From Solirubrobacterales bacterium (lineage in GTDB: Bacteria; Actinomycetota; Thermoleophilia; Solirubrobacterales; 70-9), in contig JBJTBP010000025.1 in assembly GCA_046091385.1 (NCBI GenBank), forward strand, positions 27,681-91,680: 64,000 nucleotides of DNA. Direction: 5' to 3'. Shown piece by piece: positions 1-8,882 of this stretch (its first letter is position 1; every line of letters starts with the position of its first letter). The notes below the pieces were generated by a model. It did no database searches, was not told the origin of the DNA, and was given only the letters and a program-made list of their open reading frames with translations. The position numbers and the translations under genes are program-made.

Positions 1-626
1 ACCAGGTCCGGGAAGGGATGGGGTCCGACGACCGACCCGATCACGTAGTGGGTCGTCGCAACGTTTGCGACCCAGTCCCTGATCGCGGCGCTGACCGCCT
101 CCTTGAGGGTCCGGGCACCGGCCTCGACCGGAACGACCTCGGCCCCGAGCAGCCCCATCCGCTCGACATTCGGACGTTGGCGACGGATGTCCTCGCTCCC
201 CATGTAGACGACGCACTCGACGTCGAGCAGCGCACAGGCAGTTGCGGTGGCGACCCCGTGCTGACCTGCGCCAGTCTCGGCGATCACCCGTTGCTTGCCC
301 ATCCGGCGGGCGAGCAGCACCTGACCGATCGCGTTGTTGATCTTGTGGGCTCCCGTGTGGGCCAGGTCCTCACGCTTCAGGTAGGTCTTCCGGCCGCACC
401 TCTCGCTCAGGCTCTCGGCCAGGTAGAGGGGTGTCGGGCGCCCGATGTAGTCGCGTCGGAGCAACTCCAGCCGGGCGATGAAGTCGGGGTCCCCAGAGGC
501 TTCTTCCCAGGCGTCGGCCAGTTCGTCGAGGGCCGGGATCAGGGTCTCGGGTACGTACCGGCCGCCATAGGGCCCGAATCGTCCCGGATCGGCGGCTCCG
601 CCGTTGCCTTTGGCAGCCGGACTCAT
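1..626 (-). CDS. trpB: tryptophan synthase beta chain, N-terminal ~208 codons (3' end runs off the left edge)
   Basis: My own minus-strand translation from the ATG at 626 reads [36 protein letters not shown]...[39 protein letters not shown]. The [11 protein letters not shown]-lysine motif and the GAGQHG loop are TrpB hallmarks. The start overlaps the trpF stop as ATGA. It is absent from the ORF track because it is edge-truncated. Confidence 0.9.
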   Translation of the reverse strand, partial: MSPAAKGNGGAADPGRFGPYGGRYVPETLIPALDELADAWEEASGDPDFIARLELLRRDYIGRPTPLYLAESLSERCGRKTYLKREDLAHTGAHKINNAIGQVLLARRMGKQRVIAETGAGQHGVATATACALLDVECVVYMGSEDIRRQRPNVERMGLLGAEVVPVEAGARTLKEAVSAAIRDWVANVATTHYVIGSVVGPHPFPDL

Positions 627-1258
627 TCGGCCACCACCGGGGCACCCTGGGCGGCCTCGATGAACTCGGCCATCAGGGCGTGGTCCTTGATCCCGGGCTT
701 CACTTCGACCCCACTGGCCACGTCGACTGCGTCAGGCCTGGCCGTCTCGATCGCCAGGCCGACATTCCCGGGGTCTAGGCCCCCGGCGAGGATGAAGGGA
801 ATACCGGTGTGGTGGTTGGCGAGGAGCTCCCAGTCGAAAACCTGTCCGGTCCCGCCACGGAGCCCCCCTCGGCGGCTGTCGAAGAGGTGCCAGGCCGTAC
901 GGAAGGGTTCGGCGCGGTGGAGGTCGGCGGCACTCGAGACGTGAATCGCCTTGATCACCGGACAGCCGGTCCGGCGAGCCACTTCGGTACAGAATGCCGG
1001 CCCCTCCTCACCGCTCAGCTGGACCATGGTCAGGCTCGCGTTCCCGGCAGCATCGACGACCCGTTCGAGGCTCGGGTTGACGAAGACGCCCACCACCTCA
1101 CACTTCCTCTTCATCGCGGCGCCGATCACCGCGGCATCCGAATACTTGACCGACCTCGGACTCTTCCGATGGTGCACGAGGCCGATCGCCCAGGCTCCGA
1201 GCCTGGCCGCCTCTTCGGCGTCCTCGAGACGCGTTATCCCGCAGAACTTGACCCTCAT
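623..1258 (-). CDS. trpF: phosphoribosylanthranilate isomerase
   Basis: The 211-aa track ORF begins [28 protein letters not shown], a typical PRAI N-terminus. It lies immediately upstream of trpB with a 4-nt overlap. Confidence 0.88.
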   Translation of the reverse strand: MRVKFCGITRLEDAEEAARLGAWAIGLVHHRKSPRSVKYSDAAVIGAAMKRKCEVVGVFVNPSLERVVDAAGNASLTMVQLSGEEGPAFCTEVARRTGCPVIKAIHVSSAADLHRAEPFRTAWHLFDSRRGGLRGGTGQVFDWELLANHHTGIPFILAGGLDPGNVGLAIETARPDAVDVASGVEVKPGIKDHALMAEFIEAAQGAPVVAE

Positions 1259-1330
1259 CAGGGAAAGGGTAAGTCACCGAGGGATCGGTGACCTGTGGGG
1301 GGTACGACCGGTCGGCAGCCGCCGGACGGC

Positions 1331-2479
1331 TCAGGGGCGGTCGCCGAGCTCGACCTCGACCGTGGTTTCGCCGCCGTCACGAACGACGACCAGCTCGACC
1401 GTGTCCCCCACCTCGAGGTCATCGATCACCCTGGTGATGTCGGCCATGGTCGGCTCGTCCACCCTGTCGAACCGGACGATCAGGTCCCCGGCGCCGTCGC
1501 CCGCACCCTCCAGGCCGGCCCGGTCTGCCGGACCGCCCGGCACCACCTGTTCGACCAGGACACCGTCCCGATCGGGCAGGCGATCGGATCCGGAGGAATC
1601 GCTGCCGGAATAGTCCCGACCGGAAATCCCGAGCCAGGGGTGCTCGACCTCGCCGGTTTCGCGTATCTGGCCAACGACGTCCTCGACCGTGTTCGAGGGA
1701 ACGGCGAAGCCGATCCCGACGTTTCCGTTGGAACCGCCTCCGGTGGCTATCTGGGAGTTGACCCCGATCACCCGACCGTCGCGGTCGAGCAATGGTCCCC
1801 CGGAATTGCCGGGGTTGATCGCGGCATCGGTCTGGATCACGTCCGGGATCGTGTAGGCATCGGTGGCCGTTATCTCTCGCTGGAGGGCCGAGACGATCCC
1901 GGTCGTCACCGTCTTCTCCAGACCAAAGGGATTGCCGATCGCGACTACGGGGTCGCCGACCTGAACCTCATCGGAATCGGCCAGCTCGAGAGGATCGAGG
2001 GCCTCGGCAGGGGCATCTACTTCGAGGAGTGCCAGGTCGGAGGATGGGTCGGCCCCAACGACCGTTGCCTCATAATCCTCGTCACCGAGCCTGACCGTGA
2101 CCGAGGATGCCCCTTGAACGACGTGGTTGTTGGTCACCATCGAGCCGTCCCGATCGATCACGAATCCGGTTCCGGTCGCCTCGCCCTGGCTCGAGCCGCC
2201 GAACGGGGAGTAGGGCGTGCCCTGGCTTTCGATGGTTGCCGAGATGAATCCGATCCCGGCCTCTGTGTCGCGGTAGATCCGGTTGACCTCGTTTGCCTGG
2301 TCATCCGACCCGGCGGAGCCGGTAGCCAGGCTCGCCACCGTGCCGGGCCCGGATCCGCCTCCATCACGCTGCGGGATCACCCCGGCCGATACGACCAGGA
2401 AGGCCACCAGGGCGACAACGGCACCGCCGACTGCGGCCGCGAGGAGTAGTTCGGTGAAGCGTGTCCGTCCGGAGTTCAA
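1331..2479 (-). CDS. membrane-anchored HtrA/DegP-like trypsin-fold serine protease with C-terminal PDZ-like region
   Basis: There is an N-terminal TM segment (LLLAAAVGGAVVALVAFLVV). The catalytic triad contexts are TNNHVV, DLALLEV and GNSGGPLL. The ~90-aa C-terminal region is PDZ-like. The start is TTG, as in the ORF track. Confidence 0.85.
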   Translation of the reverse strand: MNSGRTRFTELLLAAAVGGAVVALVAFLVVSAGVIPQRDGGGSGPGTVASLATGSAGSDDQANEVNRIYRDTEAGIGFISATIESQGTPYSPFGGSSQGEATGTGFVIDRDGSMVTNNHVVQGASSVTVRLGDEDYEATVVGADPSSDLALLEVDAPAEALDPLELADSDEVQVGDPVVAIGNPFGLEKTVTTGIVSALQREITATDAYTIPDVIQTDAAINPGNSGGPLLDRDGRVIGVNSQIATGGGSNGNVGIGFAVPSNTVEDVVGQIRETGEVEHPWLGISGRDYSGSDSSGSDRLPDRDGVLVEQVVPGGPADRAGLEGAGDGAGDLIVRFDRVDEPTMADITRVIDDLEVGDTVELVVVRDGGETTVEVELGDRP

Positions 2480-2566
2480 ATCGGCGAAAGCCTTGCAGTC
2501 GCCGCTTGGCGAAAGCTAAGGACGGCCCCAAGGTTGCCTAAATCGATCCGGGGATGGACCGCTGGT

Positions 2567-3373
2567 TCAGGGAAGTTCGTGCTCGGTCGTTTCGTCCGAG
2601 GCTGCCGCAAACTCCCTGACCAGTGTCTCGGGATCGTCCGAGCGCATCAGGCTCTCACCGATCAGCGCCCCATCGACCCCGATCCTTTCCAGCTCGGCGA
2701 GCTGGTCTCGTTGGGATATACCGCTCTCCGAGACGACCGTCGTCCCGGTGGGGACGTCGGGCATCAGCTCGTAGGTGGTCGCCACGTCGACCTCACCGGT
2801 GTCGAGGTTCCGGTTGTTGATCCCGATCACCTCGGCACCGCTCTCGAGGGCCCTGGTCAGGTCATCTTCGTCGTGGACCTCGACCAGGCAGTCGAGGTCC
2901 AGTTGGGCTGCCTCGGCCTGGAACTCATCGAGTCGGCTGTCCTTGAGCACGGTCGCGATCAGCAACACGGCATCGGCACCAGCGGCCGCAGACTCGGTCA
3001 GCTGGTAGGGATCGACGATGAAGTCCTTGCGGAGGATCGGCAGGCCGGAGCTCTCCCGTGCGAGGGCAAGGTCTTCGAGTCCTCCCCCGAAATTCGACCG
3101 ATCGGTCAGGACCGAGAGCGCGGCTGCTCCGCCTGCTTCATAGGCCTGTACCTGGGCAGCCAGATCGCGGTCTGGCGCGATCGGGCCGGCACTCGGCGAA
3201 TGCCGTTTGAACTCGCAGATCAGGGAGATGCCCGGCGTGGCCAGCGCTTCACTGAACGGGCGGTCCTGGTCGCGGGCGGCCAGACGTTCCTCCAGTTCCT
3301 CGATCGGAACTGCCTGGCGACGCTCCTCAACACCGGCCTGGGCCGAATCGATCAGTTGGTCGAGTAGAGCCAC
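2567..3373 (-). CDS. trpC: indole-3-glycerol phosphate synthase
   Basis: 268 aa with LICEFKRHSPSAG, ALSVLTD and IGINNRNL motifs. It lies between trpD and the protease/trpF genes. Confidence 0.9.
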   Translation of the reverse strand: MALLDQLIDSAQAGVEERRQAVPIEELEERLAARDQDRPFSEALATPGISLICEFKRHSPSAGPIAPDRDLAAQVQAYEAGGAAALSVLTDRSNFGGGLEDLALARESSGLPILRKDFIVDPYQLTESAAAGADAVLLIATVLKDSRLDEFQAEAAQLDLDCLVEVHDEDDLTRALESGAEVIGINNRNLDTGEVDVATTYELMPDVPTGTTVVSESGISQRDQLAELERIGVDGALIGESLMRSDDPETLVREFAAASDETTEHELP

Positions 3374-3387
3374 GTCCTTCCGGGACC

Positions 3388-4410
3388 CTATCGCCCCGGT
3401 CCTGACTCGACCAGGCGTTCGAGCACCCGGGCCGCCGCTCCCGAGTCGATCGACTCGGTGGCGATCGGAATCGCATCGGCGAGCGTCTCGGCCCGCCCCG
3501 CCACGAAGATCGCCGCTGCCGCATTGGCGACCGCGAAGTCGCGTCCGGCCGAGTCCTCACCGGAAAGGATCCTCCGGGTCGCCTCCGCATTCTCTGCCGG
3601 GGTCCCGCCAGCCAACTCGTCGGGGCTGGCCTCTCGGAGGCCCAGCCCGGACGGCTCGACCGACCACTCCTCGATCTCGCCCTCCCTCACCTCGAAGATC
3701 CGGGTGGGGGCGGTCAGGGCTATCTCGTCGGTTCCGTCTTCGGCCGAAACGACCAGGGCGTGTTCCGAGCCGAGGGTCGAAAGGGCGCCCGCGACCGTCT
3801 CCTGGAACTCCCGATCGGATACGCCGACGACCTGGCGCTTCGCCGCGGCAGGGTTGGTGAGGGGTCCGAGCAGGTTGAAGGCGGTGCGAACACCGAGCGC
3901 CTTCCGCACGGGAACCACGTACCGGGTCGCCTCGTGATGGAGCGGGGCGAACATGAAGCCGAAACCGACCTGGTCGATCGAGGCGGCGATCTCTTCGGGA
4001 GTGAGGTCGATAGGGACACCCAGCTCTTCGAGGAGGTCGGCCGATCCGCAGAGGCTGGTGTTCGAGCGGTTGCCGTGCTTTGCGACGGCACAGCCCGCCC
4101 CGGCCGCGACCAGCGCCGCGATCGTCGAGGCATTGATCGTCGAGGGCCCCCCACCGGTGCCTGCGGTGTCGACGACGTCCTGCCTCTCGGGGGAGACGGG
4201 GGTCGCCAGTCGCCGCATCGTTCGGGCCATCCCGGCGAGTTCCTCGACCGTCTCCCCCTTCGTCCGGAGGGCGATCAGGAAGCCGGCAGTCTGGACTTCG
4301 TCGGCCCCACCCTCCATGATCACCGTCAGGACCGACTCGACCTCGCCGGCTTCGAGATCCTCCCCCGAGGCGAGCCGGTCGATTGCCCGGGTCAACACCT
4401 GATCAGGCAT
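3388..4410 (-). CDS. trpD: anthranilate phosphoribosyltransferase
   Basis: 340 aa with DTAGTGGGPSTINAST and AKHGNRSNTSLCGSADLLE motifs. It overlaps the trpG stop by 8 nt. Confidence 0.92.
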   Translation of the reverse strand: MPDQVLTRAIDRLASGEDLEAGEVESVLTVIMEGGADEVQTAGFLIALRTKGETVEELAGMARTMRRLATPVSPERQDVVDTAGTGGGPSTINASTIAALVAAGAGCAVAKHGNRSNTSLCGSADLLEELGVPIDLTPEEIAASIDQVGFGFMFAPLHHEATRYVVPVRKALGVRTAFNLLGPLTNPAAAKRQVVGVSDREFQETVAGALSTLGSEHALVVSAEDGTDEIALTAPTRIFEVREGEIEEWSVEPSGLGLREASPDELAGGTPAENAEATRRILSGEDSAGRDFAVANAAAAIFVAGRAETLADAIPIATESIDSGAAARVLERLVESGPGR

Positions 4411-4975
4411 CCGCTGAACCCCCGAGGAAGTTCGCGATCATCTGCCTGCCTTCAGGGGTGAGGATCGACTCGGGGTGGAACTGGACCCCTTCAGCGGGGA
4501 GTTCCCGATGGCGGACCGCCATCACGATCCCGTCGTACTCCGAGCTGACCTCGAGTTCCCCGGGCAGATCGGGATCGGCGACCAGCGAGTGGTAGCGGCC
4601 GACCACCATCGGATTCGGAAGGCCGGCGAAGATGGTCCGGCCGTCGTGCGGGACCTCTGCCGACTTGCCGTGGATCGGTTCCGCCCTGACCACGGTTCCA
4701 CCGAACGCCTCGACCAATGCCTGGTGACCGAGGCAGACCCCGAGGACGGGTACACCGGCCCGGGCGAAAGCCGCGATCGCCTCAGTCGAAAGCCCGGCCT
4801 CCGAGGGCGTACACGGCCCCGGTGAGACCACCACCCGGTCGAACTCACCCGCGAGAAGCTCCTCGACCGACGCCTGGTCGTTCCTCACGACCTCCACGGT
4901 CGCACCGAGTTCCCCCAGGTACTGGACCAGGTTGAAGGTGAACGAGTCGTAGTTGTCGATCACAAGGACCTTCAT
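4403..4975 (-). CDS. trpG: anthranilate synthase component II (glutamine amidotransferase)
   Basis: I place the start at MKVLVIDNYDSFTFNLVQYLGELG (ATG at 4975). The 87 upstream codons of track ORF 4403..5236 overlap trpE and look like Arg/Ser-rich shadow. The GATase triad contexts are GVCLGHQ and FHPES. Confidence 0.9.
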   Translation of the reverse strand: MKVLVIDNYDSFTFNLVQYLGELGATVEVVRNDQASVEELLAGEFDRVVVSPGPCTPSEAGLSTEAIAAFARAGVPVLGVCLGHQALVEAFGGTVVRAEPIHGKSAEVPHDGRTIFAGLPNPMVVGRYHSLVADPDLPGELEVSSEYDGIVMAVRHRELPAEGVQFHPESILTPEGRQMIANFLGGSADA

Positions 4976-4988
4976 TGCATCTCCCCGA

Positions 4989-6512
4989 TCAAGGCCACTC
5001 CGGGTTCCGGCAGGCCATCTCGACCGCCCTGAACATCGCCGTCGCCTTGTCGACCGACTCCTGGTACTCCCGCTCCGGCACGGCGTCTGCGACCGTGCCA
5101 CCGCCGGACTGGACGTACACCTTCCCGTCGCGGACGACCGCGGTCCGGATGTGGATGGCCGTGTCGAGGTCGCCGTTCCAGGAGAGGTATCCGACCGCGC
5201 CACCGTAAGGCCCACGCTTGACCGGCTCGACCTCATCGATGATCTCCATCGCCCTAACCTTGGGGGCCCCGGAGAGGGTCCCGGCAGGCAGGGCGGCGCG
5301 GAGCACGTCCAGCGCCCCGAGTCCCTCCCTGAGGAGCCCGGTCACACGGCTGACGATGTGCATCACGTGGGAGTAGTACTCGACGACCATCAGCTCCTCG
5401 ACCTCGACCGTTCCGTAACGGGAGACCCGGCCGATGTCGTTGCGGGCCAAGTCGACCAGCATCACGTGCTCGGCCCGTTCCTTCGGGTCCGAGACGAGCC
5501 GCTCGGCCAGGTCGGCATCCTCGGCGGGGCCCTCCCCCCTCGGCGCCGTCCCGGCGATCGGCCTGATCTCCACCCGCTCCCCGGTCACCTTGAGCAGCGG
5601 CTCCGGCGAAGTACCCGCGATCTGGAAATCACCGAACTCGATGAAGTACATGTAGGGCGAAGGGTTGATTCCCCTCAGCGCCCTGTAGATCGAGAACGCC
5701 TCGCACCGCTGTTCGGCCGAGAACCGCTGGGACGGGACGACCTGGAAGGCGTCCCCAGCCCGGATGTACTCGATTATCCGACCGACCACGGCTTCGAACT
5801 CCTCCCTCTCCATGTTCGATTCGAACGGGGCCGGCTCGACCATCGCCGGCTCGGGACCGGCGGGGACCGGCTCGGCCAGGCGCTGCCTGAGCGACTCGAT
5901 CCGGCCAGCTGCCTCCTCCCAGGCCTCGTCGATGCCCTCCTCCCCGACGAATGCGCAGGCAAGGATGGTCATCTGGTTGTGCAGGTGGTCGAAGGCGATC
6001 AGGGCATCGGTGACCAGGAGTGCCAGGTCGGGAAGCTCGAGTGGATCGGGATTCGGCTCGCCGAGGGACTCGACAGTCCTGACCAGGTCGTAACCGAAGA
6101 TTCCCACGGCACCTCCGGCGAAGGGCGGCAGGCCGGGAACCTCGGCAACCCGAAAACCGGCCATGTAGTCGGCTACAGCGGCGTAGGGGTCGGGGGCCGG
6201 CACGGTCGAGCTCGGCTCGGCATCCGGACCACCCTCCCCGACCTCGAATTCGAGCAGCTCACCATCGATCCACCGGAGGACCGAGCGGGGCTCGACCCCG
6301 ACGAACGAATACCGCCCGACCTGCCCCCGCTCGGCCGATTCGAGCAGGAAGCATGGCCCCTCGCCACGCAGCTTCATCAGGGCCGAAACCGGGGTTTCGC
6401 GATCTTCGGTGAAGGTCAGCGCGACCGGGATCACGTTGGCCTCTCCGGCCAGCGAGCGGGCTTCCTCCAGGGTCGGACTGAGCCGGTCTCGAAGCTCAGG
6501 AACGGCGGCCAT
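4989..6512 (-). CDS. trpE: anthranilate synthase component I
   Basis: Motifs are NPSPYMYFIEF, TGERVEIRPIAGT and GGAVGYLSWNGDLDTAIHIRT. I take the start at MAAVPELRDR (ATG at 6512), which overlaps the hisIE 3' end by 17 nt. The longer track start at 6614 would overlap hisIE by 119 nt. Confidence 0.9.
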   Translation of the reverse strand: MAAVPELRDRLSPTLEEARSLAGEANVIPVALTFTEDRETPVSALMKLRGEGPCFLLESAERGQVGRYSFVGVEPRSVLRWIDGELLEFEVGEGGPDAEPSSTVPAPDPYAAVADYMAGFRVAEVPGLPPFAGGAVGIFGYDLVRTVESLGEPNPDPLELPDLALLVTDALIAFDHLHNQMTILACAFVGEEGIDEAWEEAAGRIESLRQRLAEPVPAGPEPAMVEPAPFESNMEREEFEAVVGRIIEYIRAGDAFQVVPSQRFSAEQRCEAFSIYRALRGINPSPYMYFIEFGDFQIAGTSPEPLLKVTGERVEIRPIAGTAPRGEGPAEDADLAERLVSDPKERAEHVMLVDLARNDIGRVSRYGTVEVEELMVVEYYSHVMHIVSRVTGLLREGLGALDVLRAALPAGTLSGAPKVRAMEIIDEVEPVKRGPYGGAVGYLSWNGDLDTAIHIRTAVVRDGKVYVQSGGGTVADAVPEREYQESVDKATAMFRAVEMACRNPEWP

Positions 6513-7113
6513 TGAGAACCTCCAGCGCCCGGTCGAGACCGATCCCGCGGGTCTCCAGCAGGACGGCGAGGTGGTAGAGGAGGTCGGCCGCCTCCTCGGC
6601 GACCCGCTGGTCATCCTCGCCCCGGACGGCCTCGATGGTCTCCCCGGCCTCCTCGGTCACTTTCGCCGCGGCCAGTTCGGGATCGCCCAGGAGTCGGGCG
6701 GTGTAGCTCTCCGACGGATCGGCCTGCCTGCGTTCGAGGATCACCCGGGCCAGGGCACCGAGTGCCTCGCCGGTGGCGGGATCGGGCTCGGTCCCGTCTT
6801 CGAGCCGACGGTAAAAGCAGGTCCGCTCGCCGGTATGGCAGGCCGGACCGGCCGGTTCGACCAGCGCAAGGAGCGAATCCCCGTCGCAGTCGATTCTGAG
6901 TTCGACCAGTCGGAGGACGTTTCCAGAGCTCTCGCCCTTCCGCCAGAGTTCCCCGCGGCTCCTGCTGAAGAAGTGGACCTCCCCGGTCTCGACCGTCCTG
7001 TCGAGGGCTTCACGATTCATCCAGGCAAGCATCAGGACCTCACCCGTGAGCGAGTCCTGGGCGATGCAGGGAACGAGGCCCTCGGGCCCGAACACGACCT
7101 CCGGCGCCGACAC
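6496..7113 (-). CDS. hisIE: bifunctional phosphoribosyl-AMP cyclohydrolase / phosphoribosyl-ATP pyrophosphatase
   Basis: The N-terminal half reads LVPCIAQDSLTGEVLMLAWMNREAL...CDGDSLLALVEPAGPACHTGERTCFYR (HisI). The C-terminal half reads SYTARLL...EEAADLLYHLAVLL (HisE). The start is GTG at 7113. Confidence 0.88.
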   Translation of the reverse strand: MSAPEVVFGPEGLVPCIAQDSLTGEVLMLAWMNREALDRTVETGEVHFFSRSRGELWRKGESSGNVLRLVELRIDCDGDSLLALVEPAGPACHTGERTCFYRRLEDGTEPDPATGEALGALARVILERRQADPSESYTARLLGDPELAAAKVTEEAGETIEAVRGEDDQRVAEEAADLLYHLAVLLETRGIGLDRALEVLNGRRS

Positions 7114-7115
7114 GG

Positions 7116-7592
7116 TTACGGGGCCCCTGTGCCCTCATCGCCGGCCGGAGCCGGCTCGACCTCGACCTCCTGGAGCAGGTCGAGGTACCACTGGCCATCG
7201 ACCCTGGTCAGGTTCGCTTCGCCGGCCGTCCCGCTGAATCGGACCCGGGCTGCGTCGTTCCCCTCGAAGGCGATCCCGGTGATCCGGAGCCTCCGGGACT
7301 GGTCGGACCCGGCGATCACCTTCTCGGTCTCGGCCCTGCAGCGAGCGGGCGATCCAAAGGTGTCGGCAACGCTCTCGGGAGTGAACACGGCGCACCAGGC
7401 CGCTGCGTCCCGTTCGGCAACCGCGGTGTTGATCTCCGCGACGAGGGCTTTGATCTCGGCCCTGTCCGCCTGACGGGGGCTTTCGTCGTCACCACCGCAG
7501 CCACTGAGGAAGATCCCACCGACAAGCATCGCTCCCGTGAGGAGCGCCAGTGGGAGGCGAGGTCGCCTTTCCTTCCCGGACAGCTGAACCAT
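7116..7592 (-). CDS. putative lipoprotein of unknown function
   Basis: A signal peptide ends in the lipobox FLSGC (MVQLSGKERRPRLPLALLTGAMLVGGIFLSGCGG). The small soluble domain has no motif I recognise. Confidence 0.6.
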   Translation of the reverse strand: MVQLSGKERRPRLPLALLTGAMLVGGIFLSGCGGDDESPRQADRAEIKALVAEINTAVAERDAAAWCAVFTPESVADTFGSPARCRAETEKVIAGSDQSRRLRITGIAFEGNDAARVRFSGTAGEANLTRVDGQWYLDLLQEVEVEPAPAGDEGTGAP

Positions 7593-7618
7593 GCCCTGAT
7601 CCTACGCCGTAGGCGAAA

Positions 7619-8521
7619 TCACTCGATCCCGAGACGGTCGAGCAATTCATCGTCCCGACGCCACCGGCCCGGGTACCTGACCTCGAGGTCGAGGAAGACC
7701 TTGCCACCCAGATCCCGCTCGATCGCCTTGCGGGCGGCAGTGCCGATCTCCTGGATCTTCTTGCCGCCCTTGCCGATCAGGATCCCCTTCTGCGATTCGG
7801 ACTCGACCCAGACCTCGGCCCGAATCTCGGTCAACCCGTCGTCCCGCTCCGTGATCGAGACGACCCTGACCTCGACCGAGTGCGGTACCTCCTGGCGGGT
7901 CCGGACCAGCACCTCTCCCCTGACCAGTTCGGCCAGGCGTGTTTCGAGGGGCTGGTCGGTCCGCTCGCCCGGTGGGTAGAAGAATGGCCCCTCGGGCATC
8001 AGCTCTCCAAGTCCGCCGATCAAAGCCTCGACACCCTCGCCGGTCTTCGCGCTGATCGGGAAGACTTCGCGAATCCCCTCGAGTGATGCGGCCTCCTCGA
8101 GAACCGGGACCACCTCCCGTCCGACCAGGTCCGACTTGTTGACCGCGCAGACGACAGGGACGTCCGGACTCGAGGCGAGGATCGCCGACGCGATGTAGCG
8201 GTCCCCGGCTCCGATTCCCTCGGTGGCATCGACCACGAGGAGGGCAACATCGGCATCGGCCAGCTCCTTCTCGACCCGCCGCTGCATCCGACCGGTCAGC
8301 GAATCACGGGGGCGCTGGACCCCGGGCAGGTCGACGAGGACGATCTGGGTGTCGGTGACGGGGTCGGTGACGACCCCCCGGATCGCCCTCCGGGTCGTCT
8401 GGGGTCTGATCGAGCTGATCGAGACGTTCGTGCCGACCATGCGGTTGACCAGGGTGCTCTTGCCGACGTTCGGTCGGCCTGCCAGGCCGACAAAGCCCGC
8501 CCGCGGCCCACCGTCAGCCAC
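7619..8521 (-). CDS. era: GTPase Era
   Basis: G1 is GRPNVGKSTLVN, G3 is DLPG and G4 is NKSD, and the C-terminus is KH-like. I take the start at GTG 8521 (VADGGPRAGFVGLAG), overlapping the ybeY stop as GTGGCTGA. The upstream part of track ORF 7619..8662 is shadow inside ybeY. Confidence 0.9.
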   Translation of the reverse strand: MADGGPRAGFVGLAGRPNVGKSTLVNRMVGTNVSISSIRPQTTRRAIRGVVTDPVTDTQIVLVDLPGVQRPRDSLTGRMQRRVEKELADADVALLVVDATEGIGAGDRYIASAILASSPDVPVVCAVNKSDLVGREVVPVLEEAASLEGIREVFPISAKTGEGVEALIGGLGELMPEGPFFYPPGERTDQPLETRLAELVRGEVLVRTRQEVPHSVEVRVVSITERDDGLTEIRAEVWVESESQKGILIGKGGKKIQEIGTAARKAIERDLGGKVFLDLEVRYPGRWRRDDELLDRLGIE

Positions 8522-8882
8522 GAAGGGCTCCCGTGATCTCGTCCTGGGTGGCGAGCATCTCGCCGTCATCGTTCTCGTGGTCGTAGCCCAGGAGGTGGAG
8601 CACACCGTGGACGACTGCCTCGTCGAGGTCCTCGCACTCCTCCTCGCAGACGAAGACGTCACCCAGTTCCCGGGGACCGGGTGCGTCGCCGTCGGGGTCG
8701 ATCGGGAAGGAGAGGACGTCGGTCGGACTGTCGATCCCCCGATGCTCGAGGTTGAGCTCGCGCATCCCCGTCGGATCGAGCTCGACCACCGCCAGATGGG
8801 AGTCCGGTACCCCGACGTGTTCGAGGGTCACCCGCACGGCCGGCCTCAGGCGGGCCGGCACGTCCTCGAGCCCCTCACTCAT
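8514..8882 (-). CDS. ybeY: rRNA maturation endoribonuclease YbeY
   Basis: 122 aa with the zinc motif HGVLHLLGYDH. It sits in the conserved phoH-ybeY-era context. Confidence 0.9.
   Translation of the reverse strand: MSEGLEDVPARLRPAVRVTLEHVGVPDSHLAVVELDPTGMRELNLEHRGIDSPTDVLSFPIDPDGDAPGPRELGDVFVCEEECEDLDEAVVHGVLHLLGYDHENDDGEMLATQDEITGALRG

Noticed and set aside
4976-5236. N-terminal extensions of many track ORFs (trpG, trpE, era, yqeY, prmA, lepA, nadD, rpmA, valS, GNAT, membrane paralog 1, zinc-ribbon protein)
   Set aside because: The extensions overlap the preceding real gene and are Arg/Ser/Pro-rich. They precede well-conserved canonical N-termini, often with an SD or a coupled stop/start at the shorter start. 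They were trimmed in the feature table.
8514-8521. Identical CGTGGCTGA stop/start junction at ybeY/era and at proA/nadD (32520..32527)
   Set aside because: Both are ordinary ...Arg-Gly-stop overlapped by a GTG-GCT start. A 9-nt identity in GC-rich coupled genes is most simply coincidence, and I see no evidence of a shared element.
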